Below are positions 48,192 through 57,500 of a DNA stretch of 64,000 nucleotides, one piece after another. This DNA comes from a bacterium. Its GTDB lineage: Bacteria; UBA8248. The stretch spans positions 928,001 through 992,000 of the forward strand of contig CBDCRP010000002.1 in assembly GCA_965221165.1 (NCBI GenBank), given 5' to 3'. Numbering within the stretch: the stretch's first letter is position 1; the number at the start of each line of letters is the position of its first letter. The notes beneath the pieces were generated by a model that was not told where the DNA came from, searched no databases, and saw only the letters and a list, made by a program, of their open reading frames with translations. The position numbers and the translations under genes were made by a program.

Positions 48192-49160
48192 ATGAAAGTC
48201 GTGATTTCAGATGATTACCAAGACTGCATCCGCCACCTCGCGTGTTTTTCGAAAATGGCGGCGCACGACGTCACCATCCACAACGACACGCTCGATGACC
48301 TGGACGCACTCGCAGAGCGGTTTGAGGAAGCGCAGGCCATCGTCCTGATCAGGGAGCGCACCCACATCACCGATGCGCTGCTCGCCAGACTCCCGAATCT
48401 CAAAATCGTGAGCCAAACCGGCGCCGGTTTCGGCTCGCACGTCGACCTGGAAGCCTGCACTCGCCACAAGGTGGCCGTGGCCGCAGGCGGCACGGGCACA
48501 CACTCCACATGTGAGATCACATGGGGCCTGATCCACTGCGCCATGCGCTCCATTCCCCAGGAAATCCGGAACCTGGCGGGCGGCGGCTGGCAGACCACGC
48601 TGGGCGAAGATATTTATGGAAAAACGCTCGGCGTGTATTCCTACGGCAACATCGGGGGTCAGATGGCCGCCGTGGGAAAAGCCTTCGGCATGAACGTCAT
48701 CACATACGGGAGAGCAGGCTCCGAGGAGCGCGCCCGGACGGACGGCGTCCCCATGGCGTCCAGCAAAGAGGCGCTCTTCGCGGAAGCCGACATCGTGAGC
48801 CTCCATATTCGTCTGACTCCTCAAACCAGGGGCATCGTGGCGGCGAAGGATTTAGGCGTCATGAAGCCGAGCGCCCTTTTGGTGAACACCAGCCGCGCCG
48901 GACTGATAGAAGAAGGCGCTCTTGAAGCCGCGCTCAAGGCGGGAAGACCCGGCTTCGCCGCCGTAGACGTGTATGAAAAAGAGCCTGTTCGGGGAGCCGG
49001 GCATCCGCTCTTGCGCATGGAGAACGCGATTTGTACGCCGCATCTGGGCTACGTCACGCGAGGCACGTTCGAGAGATATTTTGGGATAGCCTTCAATCAA
49101 ATCAACGCTTTCGCGGATGGAAACCCGATAAACATCCATAACCCCGAAGTTCTGGATTGA
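48192..49160 (+). CDS. D-isomer 2-hydroxyacid dehydrogenase (SerA-like)
   Basis: IRERT, YGNIG, NTSRAGL, DVYEKEP, TPHLGYV. Confidence 0.92.
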   Translation: MKVVISDDYQDCIRHLACFSKMAAHDVTIHNDTLDDLDALAERFEEAQAIVLIRERTHITDALLARLPNLKIVSQTGAGFGSHVDLEACTRHKVAVAAGGTGTHSTCEITWGLIHCAMRSIPQEIRNLAGGGWQTTLGEDIYGKTLGVYSYGNIGGQMAAVGKAFGMNVITYGRAGSEERARTDGVPMASSKEALFAEADIVSLHIRLTPQTRGIVAAKDLGVMKPSALLVNTSRAGLIEEGALEAALKAGRPGFAAVDVYEKEPVRGAGHPLLRMENAICTPHLGYVTRGTFERYFGIAFNQINAFADGNPINIHNPEVLD

Positions 49161-49267
49161 AGCGTGGTTTCGCGCTCACTTCGCCGTATGGCTTGATTTT
49201 TCGTGTTGGGCGGTGTTCAATCGCTTCCCGAGTCAAGAAATCCACTTAACATTTGAGGTTCATTGGT

Positions 49268-50410
49268 TTGGATTTTGCTTTCAACGAGCGCCAGGAACTC
49301 ATGCGCCGCACGCTCCATGAGCTTCTCGAGCGTGTCTGCCCGCCTGAATACGCAATGGCTTGCGACAAGAAGGGCGAAGCTCCCATCGAGGCCTACAAGG
49401 CTTTGGCCGACGATGGGTGGATAGGCGTATCCACGCCCGAGGAATATGGCGGCATGGGAGGCGATGCGCTCGATCTGGCCCTGGTTCTCGAAACCACGGG
49501 CATGCATTACCTCGACCTTGCCACCATGATCTTCAGAAACGTCTGCTACGGCGTGGACGCCCTTCTGGTCAGCGGAACGGATGCGCAGAAAAAAGAATTC
49601 ATTCCCGCCACCATCCAGGGGAAGAAGTATTTCGCGTTCAGCCTCACCGAGCCGGACGCGGGCTCTGACGCCGCGGCCATCATAACGCGCGCGGATCGCG
49701 AGCAAGACCGCTTCCGGCTCACGGGCACGAAAAACTTCACCTCCGGCATGCCGACGGCCACGCACATACTCGTCGCCGCGCGAACGGACAACTCGGGCCA
49801 AAAGCACGAGGGCATCACGAATTTTATCCTTCCCGCCGATGCCGAGGGCGTCAGCTGGTCGAAGCTCGATCTGCTCGGCCACCGGGCGATGGGCACCTGC
49901 GTGGTGCACTATGACGCCGTGGAGGCGAGCACATGCGATGTTTTGGGAAACGTGGGAGACGGCTGGAAGGGCCTGATGGCGTACATCACCACCGAGCGCC
50001 TGTGCCTGTCCGCAGCGCGCACTGGCGCGGCGGCGGCGGCGCTCGACCTGGCTCTCAATCACGCGAAAGAAAGGAAACAGTTCGGCCGCCCCATCGGCAA
50101 GTTCCAGGCCGTCAGCCACATGCTCACCGAAATGCACACGCTCGTCGATACGGCGAGGCTCCAGGTCTACCGGTTCGCGTGGCTGGTCTCTCAGGGAAAG
50201 GCGGGACGCATCGAGGCGGCGACGCTCAAGCTCTACGCCGGAGAGGCTTACAAGCGGGTGGCCGACCTGGGCGTTCAGGTGATGGGCGGATACGGCTACA
50301 GCGGAGAATACGCCATGGAGCGCCACTACCGCGACGCGCGGCTGGCCACCATCGGCGCCGGCACGAGCGAGGTGCAAAGAAACATCATCGCCAAGGCGCT
50401 GGGACTTTAA
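49268..50410 (+). CDS. Acyl-CoA dehydrogenase (IVD/LCAD-type catalytic Glu position)
   Basis: TEPDAGSD, TTERL, QFGRPIGKFQ, GGYGY, IGAGTSE; TTG start after GAGG. Confidence 0.93.
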   Translation: MDFAFNERQELMRRTLHELLERVCPPEYAMACDKKGEAPIEAYKALADDGWIGVSTPEEYGGMGGDALDLALVLETTGMHYLDLATMIFRNVCYGVDALLVSGTDAQKKEFIPATIQGKKYFAFSLTEPDAGSDAAAIITRADREQDRFRLTGTKNFTSGMPTATHILVAARTDNSGQKHEGITNFILPADAEGVSWSKLDLLGHRAMGTCVVHYDAVEASTCDVLGNVGDGWKGLMAYITTERLCLSAARTGAAAAALDLALNHAKERKQFGRPIGKFQAVSHMLTEMHTLVDTARLQVYRFAWLVSQGKAGRIEAATLKLYAGEAYKRVADLGVQVMGGYGYSGEYAMERHYRDARLATIGAGTSEVQRNIIAKALGL

Positions 50411-50503
50411 GAATCTCGCCGAAGATGCTTGATGATTTCGCCGAAAGAGCCGAAACTTAATATTCCCCGAGCGATGAAGCGATATTCATGAGGAACCGAT
50501 TTC

Positions 50504-50971
50504 ATGCCGTTAGATAAAAGCGTACTGGAAAGGACGTTCCCCGAGTTCGAATTCCGGGTCGAGCGCGGAAAAATCAGGGAATACGCCTTGGCCTTAGGGC
50601 TGGCCGACCCGGTGCACACGGACTTAGAAGCCGCCAGAGCCGCGGGCTTTGACGATCTGCTCGCTCCGCCCACGTTCGTGCGCCAGTTCTGGCATGAAAA
50701 CCCCGGGAACGACCCCATGCCGCATCTGGGCTACGACCCCAAGCGCCGCCTCCACGGAGAGCAGGAATTCGAATACCACAAGCCCCTGGTCGCCGGCATG
50801 AACCTGAAGGGCCGAAACGCCATCGTCTCCACCCGTGAAAAAGAAGGCCGCAGAGGCGGGATGATGACTTTCGTCGTCATCGAAACCAGTTTCGTGGATG
50901 CAGGGGGCGAACTGGTTCAGGTGGCGAGGCGCACCCTCATCGAAACCGCGGCCCCTCCCAAAGAGGGTTGA
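50504..50971 (+). CDS. MaoC-like dehydratase N-terminal-type (HadA-like) subunit
   Basis: VERGKIREYA, APPTF, LHGEQEFEY. Confidence 0.9.
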   Translation: MPLDKSVLERTFPEFEFRVERGKIREYALALGLADPVHTDLEAARAAGFDDLLAPPTFVRQFWHENPGNDPMPHLGYDPKRRLHGEQEFEYHKPLVAGMNLKGRNAIVSTREKEGRRGGMMTFVVIETSFVDAGGELVQVARRTLIETAAPPKEG

Positions 50972-50983
50972 TGGAGCTTTCAC

Positions 50984-51415
50984 ATGACGACGACCATGGA
51001 ATACGCGAAATGGGAAGAACTCACCGAGGGCGCGGAGTGTGAGTTGACGGCAGGCCCCATCACCCGGACGGACCTGGTTCGCTATGCGGGCGCCAGCGGG
51101 GATTTCAACCCCAACCACCACGATGAGATTTACGCCATCCGGGCGGGGTTCGACAAACCTTTCGCGCACGGGATGCTCCAGGGCGGATATCTCGCCCGTC
51201 TGCTCAGCGAGTGGCTCGGTCCCGATTCCTTCAAAAACCTCAAAATCCGCTTCAGCGCGCAGGCATGGCCCGGAGACATGGTGATTTGCAAGGCCAGGGT
51301 CGTGCGTCAATACCAGGAGGCGGGGAAGAATCTGGTGGAAATCGAGGCGAGCGCCTCGAACCAGCGCGGCGACGTCCTCATCAAAGCCACTGCAACCGCC
51401 GCTCCCAGGGCTTAA
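50984..51415 (+). CDS. MaoC (R)-hydratase/dehydratase catalytic (HadB-like) subunit
   Basis: YAGASGDFNPNHHD..AHGM. Confidence 0.92.
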   Translation: MTTTMEYAKWEELTEGAECELTAGPITRTDLVRYAGASGDFNPNHHDEIYAIRAGFDKPFAHGMLQGGYLARLLSEWLGPDSFKNLKIRFSAQAWPGDMVICKARVVRQYQEAGKNLVEIEASASNQRGDVLIKATATAAPRA

Positions 51416-51431
51416 TTTCAGGATTCCCAAA

Positions 51432-52643
51432 ATGCTCGAAGGCTACCGCATTCTCGATCTCGGACAAGTCATCGCCGGAACCATCGGCGGCATGATTCTC
51501 GCCGACATGGGCGCCGAGGTCATCAAAGTCGAATCCCCCCAGGGCGACATCGGGCGCAACCCCGCCATCGCGGGCATCGGCCCCGTTTCGAGCATCTTCC
51601 TCACGTTCAACCGGGGCAAGAAGGGCCTCGTCATCGACCTGAAGAAGCCCGAAGGCAAAGAGGTGTTTCTCTCCCTGGTGGAAAAATCAGACGCCGTGAT
51701 GGTGAACTTCCGGCCGGGTACGATGGAGCGGCTGGGCCTCGGGTTCGACGTGATGAAAGAGAGAAACCCCGACATCGTATTCGTGGATTCGAGTGGATAC
51801 GGAGAACAAGGCCCCTGGCGCGATAAACCCGCTTTCGATCTGGTGGAGCAGGCCGTGAGCGGCCACATGTCCATCACGGGAGAGCCGAACCGCCCGCCCG
51901 CCAGAAACGGCTCGCCCACGGCGGATATCTCCACCGCGCTCTATACCGCCATCGCCTGCATGGCGGGCCTGTTGGCCAAGGCGAAAGGAAGAAGCGGGGC
52001 GCACCTGGAAGTACCCATGTTCGACGTCCAACTCGCCATGCTCGGATATATCGCCACCATGTATCTCAACAACGGCGACGTGCCCGATCCGCCCGGAAAC
52101 GCCCATGAGTACATGGTGCCCTACCAGGCGTTCCCGACGGCCACGATTTACATCGTGCTCTCACCGCGCGAGGAGCGCTTCTGGAAAAAGATGTGCGAGG
52201 TCATGGGAATGGACGACCTGGCGGACGACCCGCGCTTTCGCACGAACGACCTGCGCTCCGTGAACAGGGACGTCCTCCTCCCCATCATGGAAGAAATCCT
52301 GATGAAGCGATCCGGAGAGGAATGGATCGCGCTCTTCGAGGCGGCGGGCGTGCCCTCAGCCCCCGTGAACCCGCTAAATCGCGCTCTGGATAACGAGCAG
52401 GTCGAAGCGAGGCGTCTGATTCGAGAATACGAATACCCGGGGTTCGGAAATGTCAAAGTGGTGGGAAATCCCATCTTAAACCGCACGGAAAACGGAAACC
52501 CCGACCCGGGCCCCGCTCCCCTGCTGGGAGGCGACACCGAGGGTATACTCCGCGATATTCTTCATTTGAGCGATGAGCAAATTCATTCGCTCGTCTCATC
52601 CAAAGTCGTCTTCGCCACTGGATCCAAAGTGTCCGAAAAATAG
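51432..52643 (+). CDS. Family III CoA-transferase (CaiB/BaiF)
   Basis: LADMGAEVIKVE, NRGKK, NFRPG, SGYG, AFD, APLLG. Confidence 0.94.
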   Translation: MLEGYRILDLGQVIAGTIGGMILADMGAEVIKVESPQGDIGRNPAIAGIGPVSSIFLTFNRGKKGLVIDLKKPEGKEVFLSLVEKSDAVMVNFRPGTMERLGLGFDVMKERNPDIVFVDSSGYGEQGPWRDKPAFDLVEQAVSGHMSITGEPNRPPARNGSPTADISTALYTAIACMAGLLAKAKGRSGAHLEVPMFDVQLAMLGYIATMYLNNGDVPDPPGNAHEYMVPYQAFPTATIYIVLSPREERFWKKMCEVMGMDDLADDPRFRTNDLRSVNRDVLLPIMEEILMKRSGEEWIALFEAAGVPSAPVNPLNRALDNEQVEARRLIREYEYPGFGNVKVVGNPILNRTENGNPDPGPAPLLGGDTEGILRDILHLSDEQIHSLVSSKVVFATGSKVSEK

Positions 52644-52932
52644 GCCGCACCCGCCATACACCTGGACGCTCATCGAACCTCGACTCGTCCTCGCCCGCAT
52701 TCGCCCCTCGACACCGAGCCCCCGCAAACTGCCGGAAATCATTAACTCCTCTTCGCGCCGACGCCTTTTTTCTCCCCCAAATACTCACGGCGTTCAGAGA
52801 AAGCCCAAGTAAAATTATATTATTTATATTTATAAACGCAGAAATTTGTGAAATAGGGGTTGATTTCGTTTTATATTCGTTATAAATTTCGCTTTATATT
52901 TGCTACTTCACGAGACAACCTGGAGAGAAGCC

Positions 52933-54465
52933 ATGCTGGCCAAGACGCAAGCAGCAGCCGTCCTGGGTGTGGACGCCTATCCCGTTGAAGTAGAGGTCGA
53001 CCTCGCATCGGGGCTCCCGTATTACTCCACCGTCGGCCTGCCGGACGCCGCCGTCAAGGAGAGCAAGGACAGGATTCGCGCCGCCATCGTCAACACGGGC
53101 TTCATCTATCCGATGGGGCGCATCACCGTGAGCCTCTCGCCGGCGGACGTTCGCAAGGAGGGCAGCGCCTTCGACTTGCCCATCGCGCTCTCGTTGCTGC
53201 GCGCGAACGGGGCGTTTCACGCCCGCTCTCAAACGGAGGATTCCCTGTTGTTCCTGGGCGAACTGGCGCTGGATGGTTCCTTGCGGCCCATCCGGGGGGC
53301 GCTGAACATCGCCGTTCTCGCCAAGAAGATGGGTAAGCGCGGAATCGTCCTCCCGGCGGAGAACGCGCCCGAAGCGGCCGTCGTCGAGAAGCTCGAAGTC
53401 TATCCCGTGCATACGCTTCCCCAAGTGGTGGGATTCATCAGAGAGGAAATCGAGATTCCCGCGGCGTGTTGCCAAAGAAACGGTATCGAGAAAAAAGAAA
53501 CCGGAAAAATCGATTTTCTGGACATCAGAGGACAACACCAGGCCAAGCGCTCCGTGGAGGTCGCGGCATCGGGCTCACACAATCTTTTGATGATAGGCCC
53601 GCCCGGCAGCGGAAAAAGCATGTTGGCGAAAAGATTCCCCACCATACTGCCCCCACTCTCCCTGGATGAGGCCATCGAGACCAGCCAGGTCTGGAGCGTG
53701 CTGGGCAAACTCACGCAGAACGATTCCCTGATTCAGGAAAGACCCTTCCGCGCTCCGCACCACACCATCAGCGACGCCGGCCTGGTGGGCGGAGGGGCGC
53801 TGCCGCTGCCCGGCGAGGCCTCGCTCGCACACAACGGCGTGTTGTTCCTGGACGAGTTGCCCGAGTTTCGAAAAAACGTGCTCGAATCCCTCCGTGGTCC
53901 GCTCGAAGACGGGAAGATCACCATCAGCAGGGCGCAGGCGAGTCTCTCGTTTCCGGCCCGCTTCATGCTCACCGCGGCGATGAACCCATGCAACTGCGGG
54001 TTGCGGGGAGACAGTGCATGCACCTGTACGCCCAAGCAGGTCGCCCGGTATCGCTCCCGCATCTCGGGGCCGATTCTCGACCGCATCGACATCCACATCC
54101 AGGTGCCGAGGGTGCCGTGGAAAGAACTCGCCGAAGACCCCGAGGGTGAAAGCTCGGCGACGATTAGAAGCCGCGTTCTCGCGGCGCAGAAAACCCAGAA
54201 AGCGCGCTTCCAAGAACACCCCGGCATATACGCCAACGCCCACATGGGGCCCGCCCTCATCAACGAACACTGCAAGCTCGACATGGAGGGCATGCGATTG
54301 CTCAAGCTGGCTGTGGAAAAACTGGGTCTGTCGGCGCGCGCCTATCATCGCGTACTCAAAGTAGCGCGAACCATCAGCGATCTGGCCGGAGAAAGAGACA
54401 TCGCCCCCCAGCACGTGGCGGAGGCGGTTCAGTACCGGCAGTTGGATAGACAGATCCCCGTCTAA
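52933..54465 (+). CDS. comM: YifB/ComM Mg-chelatase-like AAA+ ATPase
   Basis: VGLPD, KEGSAFDLPIA, GPPGSGKS, PFRAPHH, LFLDELPEF, AMNPC, ARTISDL. Confidence 0.94.
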   Translation: MLAKTQAAAVLGVDAYPVEVEVDLASGLPYYSTVGLPDAAVKESKDRIRAAIVNTGFIYPMGRITVSLSPADVRKEGSAFDLPIALSLLRANGAFHARSQTEDSLLFLGELALDGSLRPIRGALNIAVLAKKMGKRGIVLPAENAPEAAVVEKLEVYPVHTLPQVVGFIREEIEIPAACCQRNGIEKKETGKIDFLDIRGQHQAKRSVEVAASGSHNLLMIGPPGSGKSMLAKRFPTILPPLSLDEAIETSQVWSVLGKLTQNDSLIQERPFRAPHHTISDAGLVGGGALPLPGEASLAHNGVLFLDELPEFRKNVLESLRGPLEDGKITISRAQASLSFPARFMLTAAMNPCNCGLRGDSACTCTPKQVARYRSRISGPILDRIDIHIQVPRVPWKELAEDPEGESSATIRSRVLAAQKTQKARFQEHPGIYANAHMGPALINEHCKLDMEGMRLLKLAVEKLGLSARAYHRVLKVARTISDLAGERDIAPQHVAEAVQYRQLDRQIPV

Positions 54466-54681
54466 TCCTCGCGCCAGAAGGCGATTTTTCCGGTTTGTCT
54501 TTTCGCCTTTCAGGCATGGGGCGCATCAACGGCATCCCCAAAAGGCTGCTTCTCATCACCGCCGCCTTGAGATTGACGCGCATCCGCCTTGTTTGTATTT
54601 TCAGAATCGGGTGGGACGAATACACATCGGGCGATTTTGGATTATACTATGCCCCATCTCTCACTATAGAGGTTCTTGAAT

Positions 54682-55797
54682 ATGGGGACAGAATACGCCT
54701 GGTTTCTCCCGTCGACCAGGGCGGGTGACGGCCACAAGATCAACACCAAGGTGCCTGAGCGAAAACCCACCATCGAGTATCTCTCCCAAGTGGCGAGCGC
54801 CGCGGAGAGGGCCGGCTTCGTGAACCTTCTGGTGCCCACCGGCACCCACTGCATGGACGCCTGGCTCGTGGCGGCGGGCGTGGCGCAACATACCGAAAGA
54901 ATCAAATTCTGCGTGGCGTTTCGCCCGGGCCTCACCAGCCCCGTATTCGCCGCCCAGACGGCGAGCACGCTCGACGCGCTCACCGGCGGACGCTTGACGC
55001 TCAACGTCGTCACCGGTTCGAGCCACGTGGAGCAGATGCGCTACGGCGACCACCTCGAACACGATGAGCGCTACGACAGGACAAATGAGTTTCTGGAGAT
55101 CGTCACACGAATATGGAGCGCCGACGCTCCCATCACCTACAAGGGGAAGTATTTCGACATACGCAAAGCCGCCTTTTTCCCGATCCACGTCTCCAAACCC
55201 TGGCCGCCCATCTATCTCGGCGGAAGCTCGGAGCCAGGCCGACGGGTGGGGGCGAAATTCTCCGACGTGCACATGATGTACGCCGTCGACGTCGAGACCA
55301 TCGCCAAGGACGCGCTCGACATGAGGCGGCGCGCGGCGGAGTTCGGGCGTGAGGATGAGATACAATTCGGCGTGCGGATGCACATCCTCTGCCGGGAGAC
55401 CAAGGCGGAGGCGAAAAAAGCCGCGCAGGCGCTTATCGAGGGAAGCGACATCTCGAACGTGCAGGTCTGGGCCGACATGAAGACCAAAACGGAGAGCACC
55501 GGCCAGACGCGCGTCAACGAACTGGCGAGGGGCGAATCGCTCTGGATCACCGACACCTTGTGGATGGGAGTGAACACCGTTCGCGGGGGCGCCGGCGCTT
55601 CCCTGGTGGGCACCCCCGACATGATCGCCAAAGCGCTCAAGGAATACGTGGACGTGGGCGTTCATACGTTCATCCTCTCCGGCTGGCCGCACGTCGAGGA
55701 AGTGAACATATTCGGACGCGAGATAATGCCCCTGCTCGAGGAAACGGAGCCCATCACCCTGGAGCCGCCCTTGCCCGCACTCGCAGAATACGATTGA
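54682..55797 (+). CDS. FMNH2-dependent LLM monooxygenase (SsuD-like)
   Basis: WFLP..GDG, LVPTG, VAFRPG, LNVVTG, GGSS, LVGTP, FILSGWPH. Confidence 0.88.
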   Translation: MGTEYAWFLPSTRAGDGHKINTKVPERKPTIEYLSQVASAAERAGFVNLLVPTGTHCMDAWLVAAGVAQHTERIKFCVAFRPGLTSPVFAAQTASTLDALTGGRLTLNVVTGSSHVEQMRYGDHLEHDERYDRTNEFLEIVTRIWSADAPITYKGKYFDIRKAAFFPIHVSKPWPPIYLGGSSEPGRRVGAKFSDVHMMYAVDVETIAKDALDMRRRAAEFGREDEIQFGVRMHILCRETKAEAKKAAQALIEGSDISNVQVWADMKTKTESTGQTRVNELARGESLWITDTLWMGVNTVRGGAGASLVGTPDMIAKALKEYVDVGVHTFILSGWPHVEEVNIFGREIMPLLEETEPITLEPPLPALAEYD

Positions 55798-55829
55798 TAA
55801 GAGAACGCAACGGAAAGAGGAAGCCTTTG

Positions 55830-57008
55830 ATGAACAGTTCCACCGGTGCGCTTTGCGCCGAATCGCAAAAGTGGGTCGACATCGCCGAATCCCTGGGTCA
55901 GGAGAAATTTGCGCCGCGCGCGAAAATGATCGACGAGGAATCGCGCTTTCCGGCAGAGAACTACCAGGACCTGGCCGACGCCGGTCTTCTCTCCCTCATG
56001 GTGCCCAAAGAATTCGGCGGCATCGGCGCGGATTCGCTCACCTACGTCACGGTGCTCTCTAAAATTGCGAAAGGCTGCGCCTCCACCGGCCTCACGTTCA
56101 ACATGCACAGCGCCGTCGTGGATTTTCTGGGACAAATCGCCTCCAAAGAGCAGATGGCGCGCTACTTCTCCGAAGTCGTGAACGAGGGCGCCATTTTCGC
56201 CTCCATCACGAGCGAGCCGGGCAGTTCCTTCCGCGACAAGCTGGCGGTTCGCACCTCCATTCGCGAGGAGAGCGGCGGCTACCGCATTCACGGGAAGAAA
56301 CATTTCTGCTCCCTTTCCACCGGGGCGACCTATTACTTCACCTGGAGTTATCTCGACGGCGCGGAAAGCCTGCAAGACGGACTGCTGAACGTGATGATTC
56401 CCGCCAAGAGAGAAGACATCGAGATCCTCGACGATTGGCACACCATCGGCATGCGCGGAACGGCGTCCAATTCCCTGATGTTTCACGACGTCGCCGTGAA
56501 GGCCGATGAAATCATCGGGGAGCCGGGCAGCATTCTGGGCAAGGACATGAGCATGTGGTCTCTGGGATACACCGCCGTCTACATCGGCATCGCGGAGGCG
56601 GCCTATCAATTCACGGTGGATTACGTGAAGAAAACGAAATCGGGCATGGGGGTTCCTCTGGGCGAACTGGACCGCACGCAGCGCCAGATCGGCGAGATGG
56701 CGATGCTTTTAGAAAACGCGCGCCGCGCCGCCGAGAAGCTGGGCGAGTTGAGAGGAAACCTGGGGAAAATGGAGTTGACCTTCATCCTCAACCAGGCGAA
56801 ATACCTCGCGACCGAAGCCGCCAAAGAACTCGCCGAGCAGGGAATCCGCCTGTGCGGCGGACGCGGGCTTCACCGCTCCTTGCCGCTCGAGCGTCACTTG
56901 AGAGACGCGGTGGCCGGCATCGTCATGCCTCCCGCCAACGACAGGTGCCTCGAAACCATCGGACAGATCGCCCTGGGCCGCGAGGCGAAGACGCTCGATT
57001 TTCAGTAG
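55830..57008 (+). CDS. Acyl-CoA dehydrogenase-fold protein (DszC/SfnB-like monooxygenase type)
   Basis: FNMH, GKKHFCS, WHTIGMRGTAS, LERHLRD; no YEG catalytic Glu. Confidence 0.82.
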   Translation: MNSSTGALCAESQKWVDIAESLGQEKFAPRAKMIDEESRFPAENYQDLADAGLLSLMVPKEFGGIGADSLTYVTVLSKIAKGCASTGLTFNMHSAVVDFLGQIASKEQMARYFSEVVNEGAIFASITSEPGSSFRDKLAVRTSIREESGGYRIHGKKHFCSLSTGATYYFTWSYLDGAESLQDGLLNVMIPAKREDIEILDDWHTIGMRGTASNSLMFHDVAVKADEIIGEPGSILGKDMSMWSLGYTAVYIGIAEAAYQFTVDYVKKTKSGMGVPLGELDRTQRQIGEMAMLLENARRAAEKLGELRGNLGKMELTFILNQAKYLATEAAKELAEQGIRLCGGRGLHRSLPLERHLRDAVAGIVMPPANDRCLETIGQIALGREAKTLDFQ

Positions 57009-57162
57009 CGAATCGTCTCACGCGCCCTCATTCGGGTGGCAGGGAAACGGACGAAGGTTTCGCAGGTGGCGGCCCGACCGCAGAGGGGTTTACCTCTCCG
57101 TTTGTCTTGCCATCAAAAAGGTTCTTATCACTCCCCCCTCCGGAGGGGGTAGATTCTCGTCT

Positions 57163-57400
57163 GTAGGGGACGGAACCCCTCCTCGGGGCCGTCCCACGCA
57201 TATATGCGGCCCGGCCGATAAGAGGGGAATGCTGCTCTATGCGGGTCGCATATATGCGGCCCCTACAAAAACGAAAGGCGACAAGGCAGGCGGCCACGGG
57301 GGGCCGCCCCTACGCGATATTTCATTCGCAAGGCATCTCTGCATTCCGCATAAAAGCATTGCGGGACGACGATCAAAAACAAAAGGCGGGTCGCATATAT
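57163..57400. repeat. GTAG-type REP cluster between convergent genes
   Basis: GTAGGGGACGG..CCGTCCC (57163), GGGTCGCATATATGCGGCCCCTAC (to 57266), GGCGGCCACGGGGGGCCGCCCCTAC (to 57313), partial GCGGGTCGCATATAT at 57386. Confidence 0.75.
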
Positions 57401-57500
57401 CAGGGGACAACCCGCCCCCTGATCCTTACGCAATCCCCCCGCGCGCATCCAGAAAACATGATTGTGAAAAACAGCCAGCCAAACAGGGAGGATTTTTCGC

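Noticed and set aside
55560-55829. N-terminal extension of the 482-aa ORF
   Set aside because: Overlaps the SsuD-like gene; the likely start is ATG 55830.
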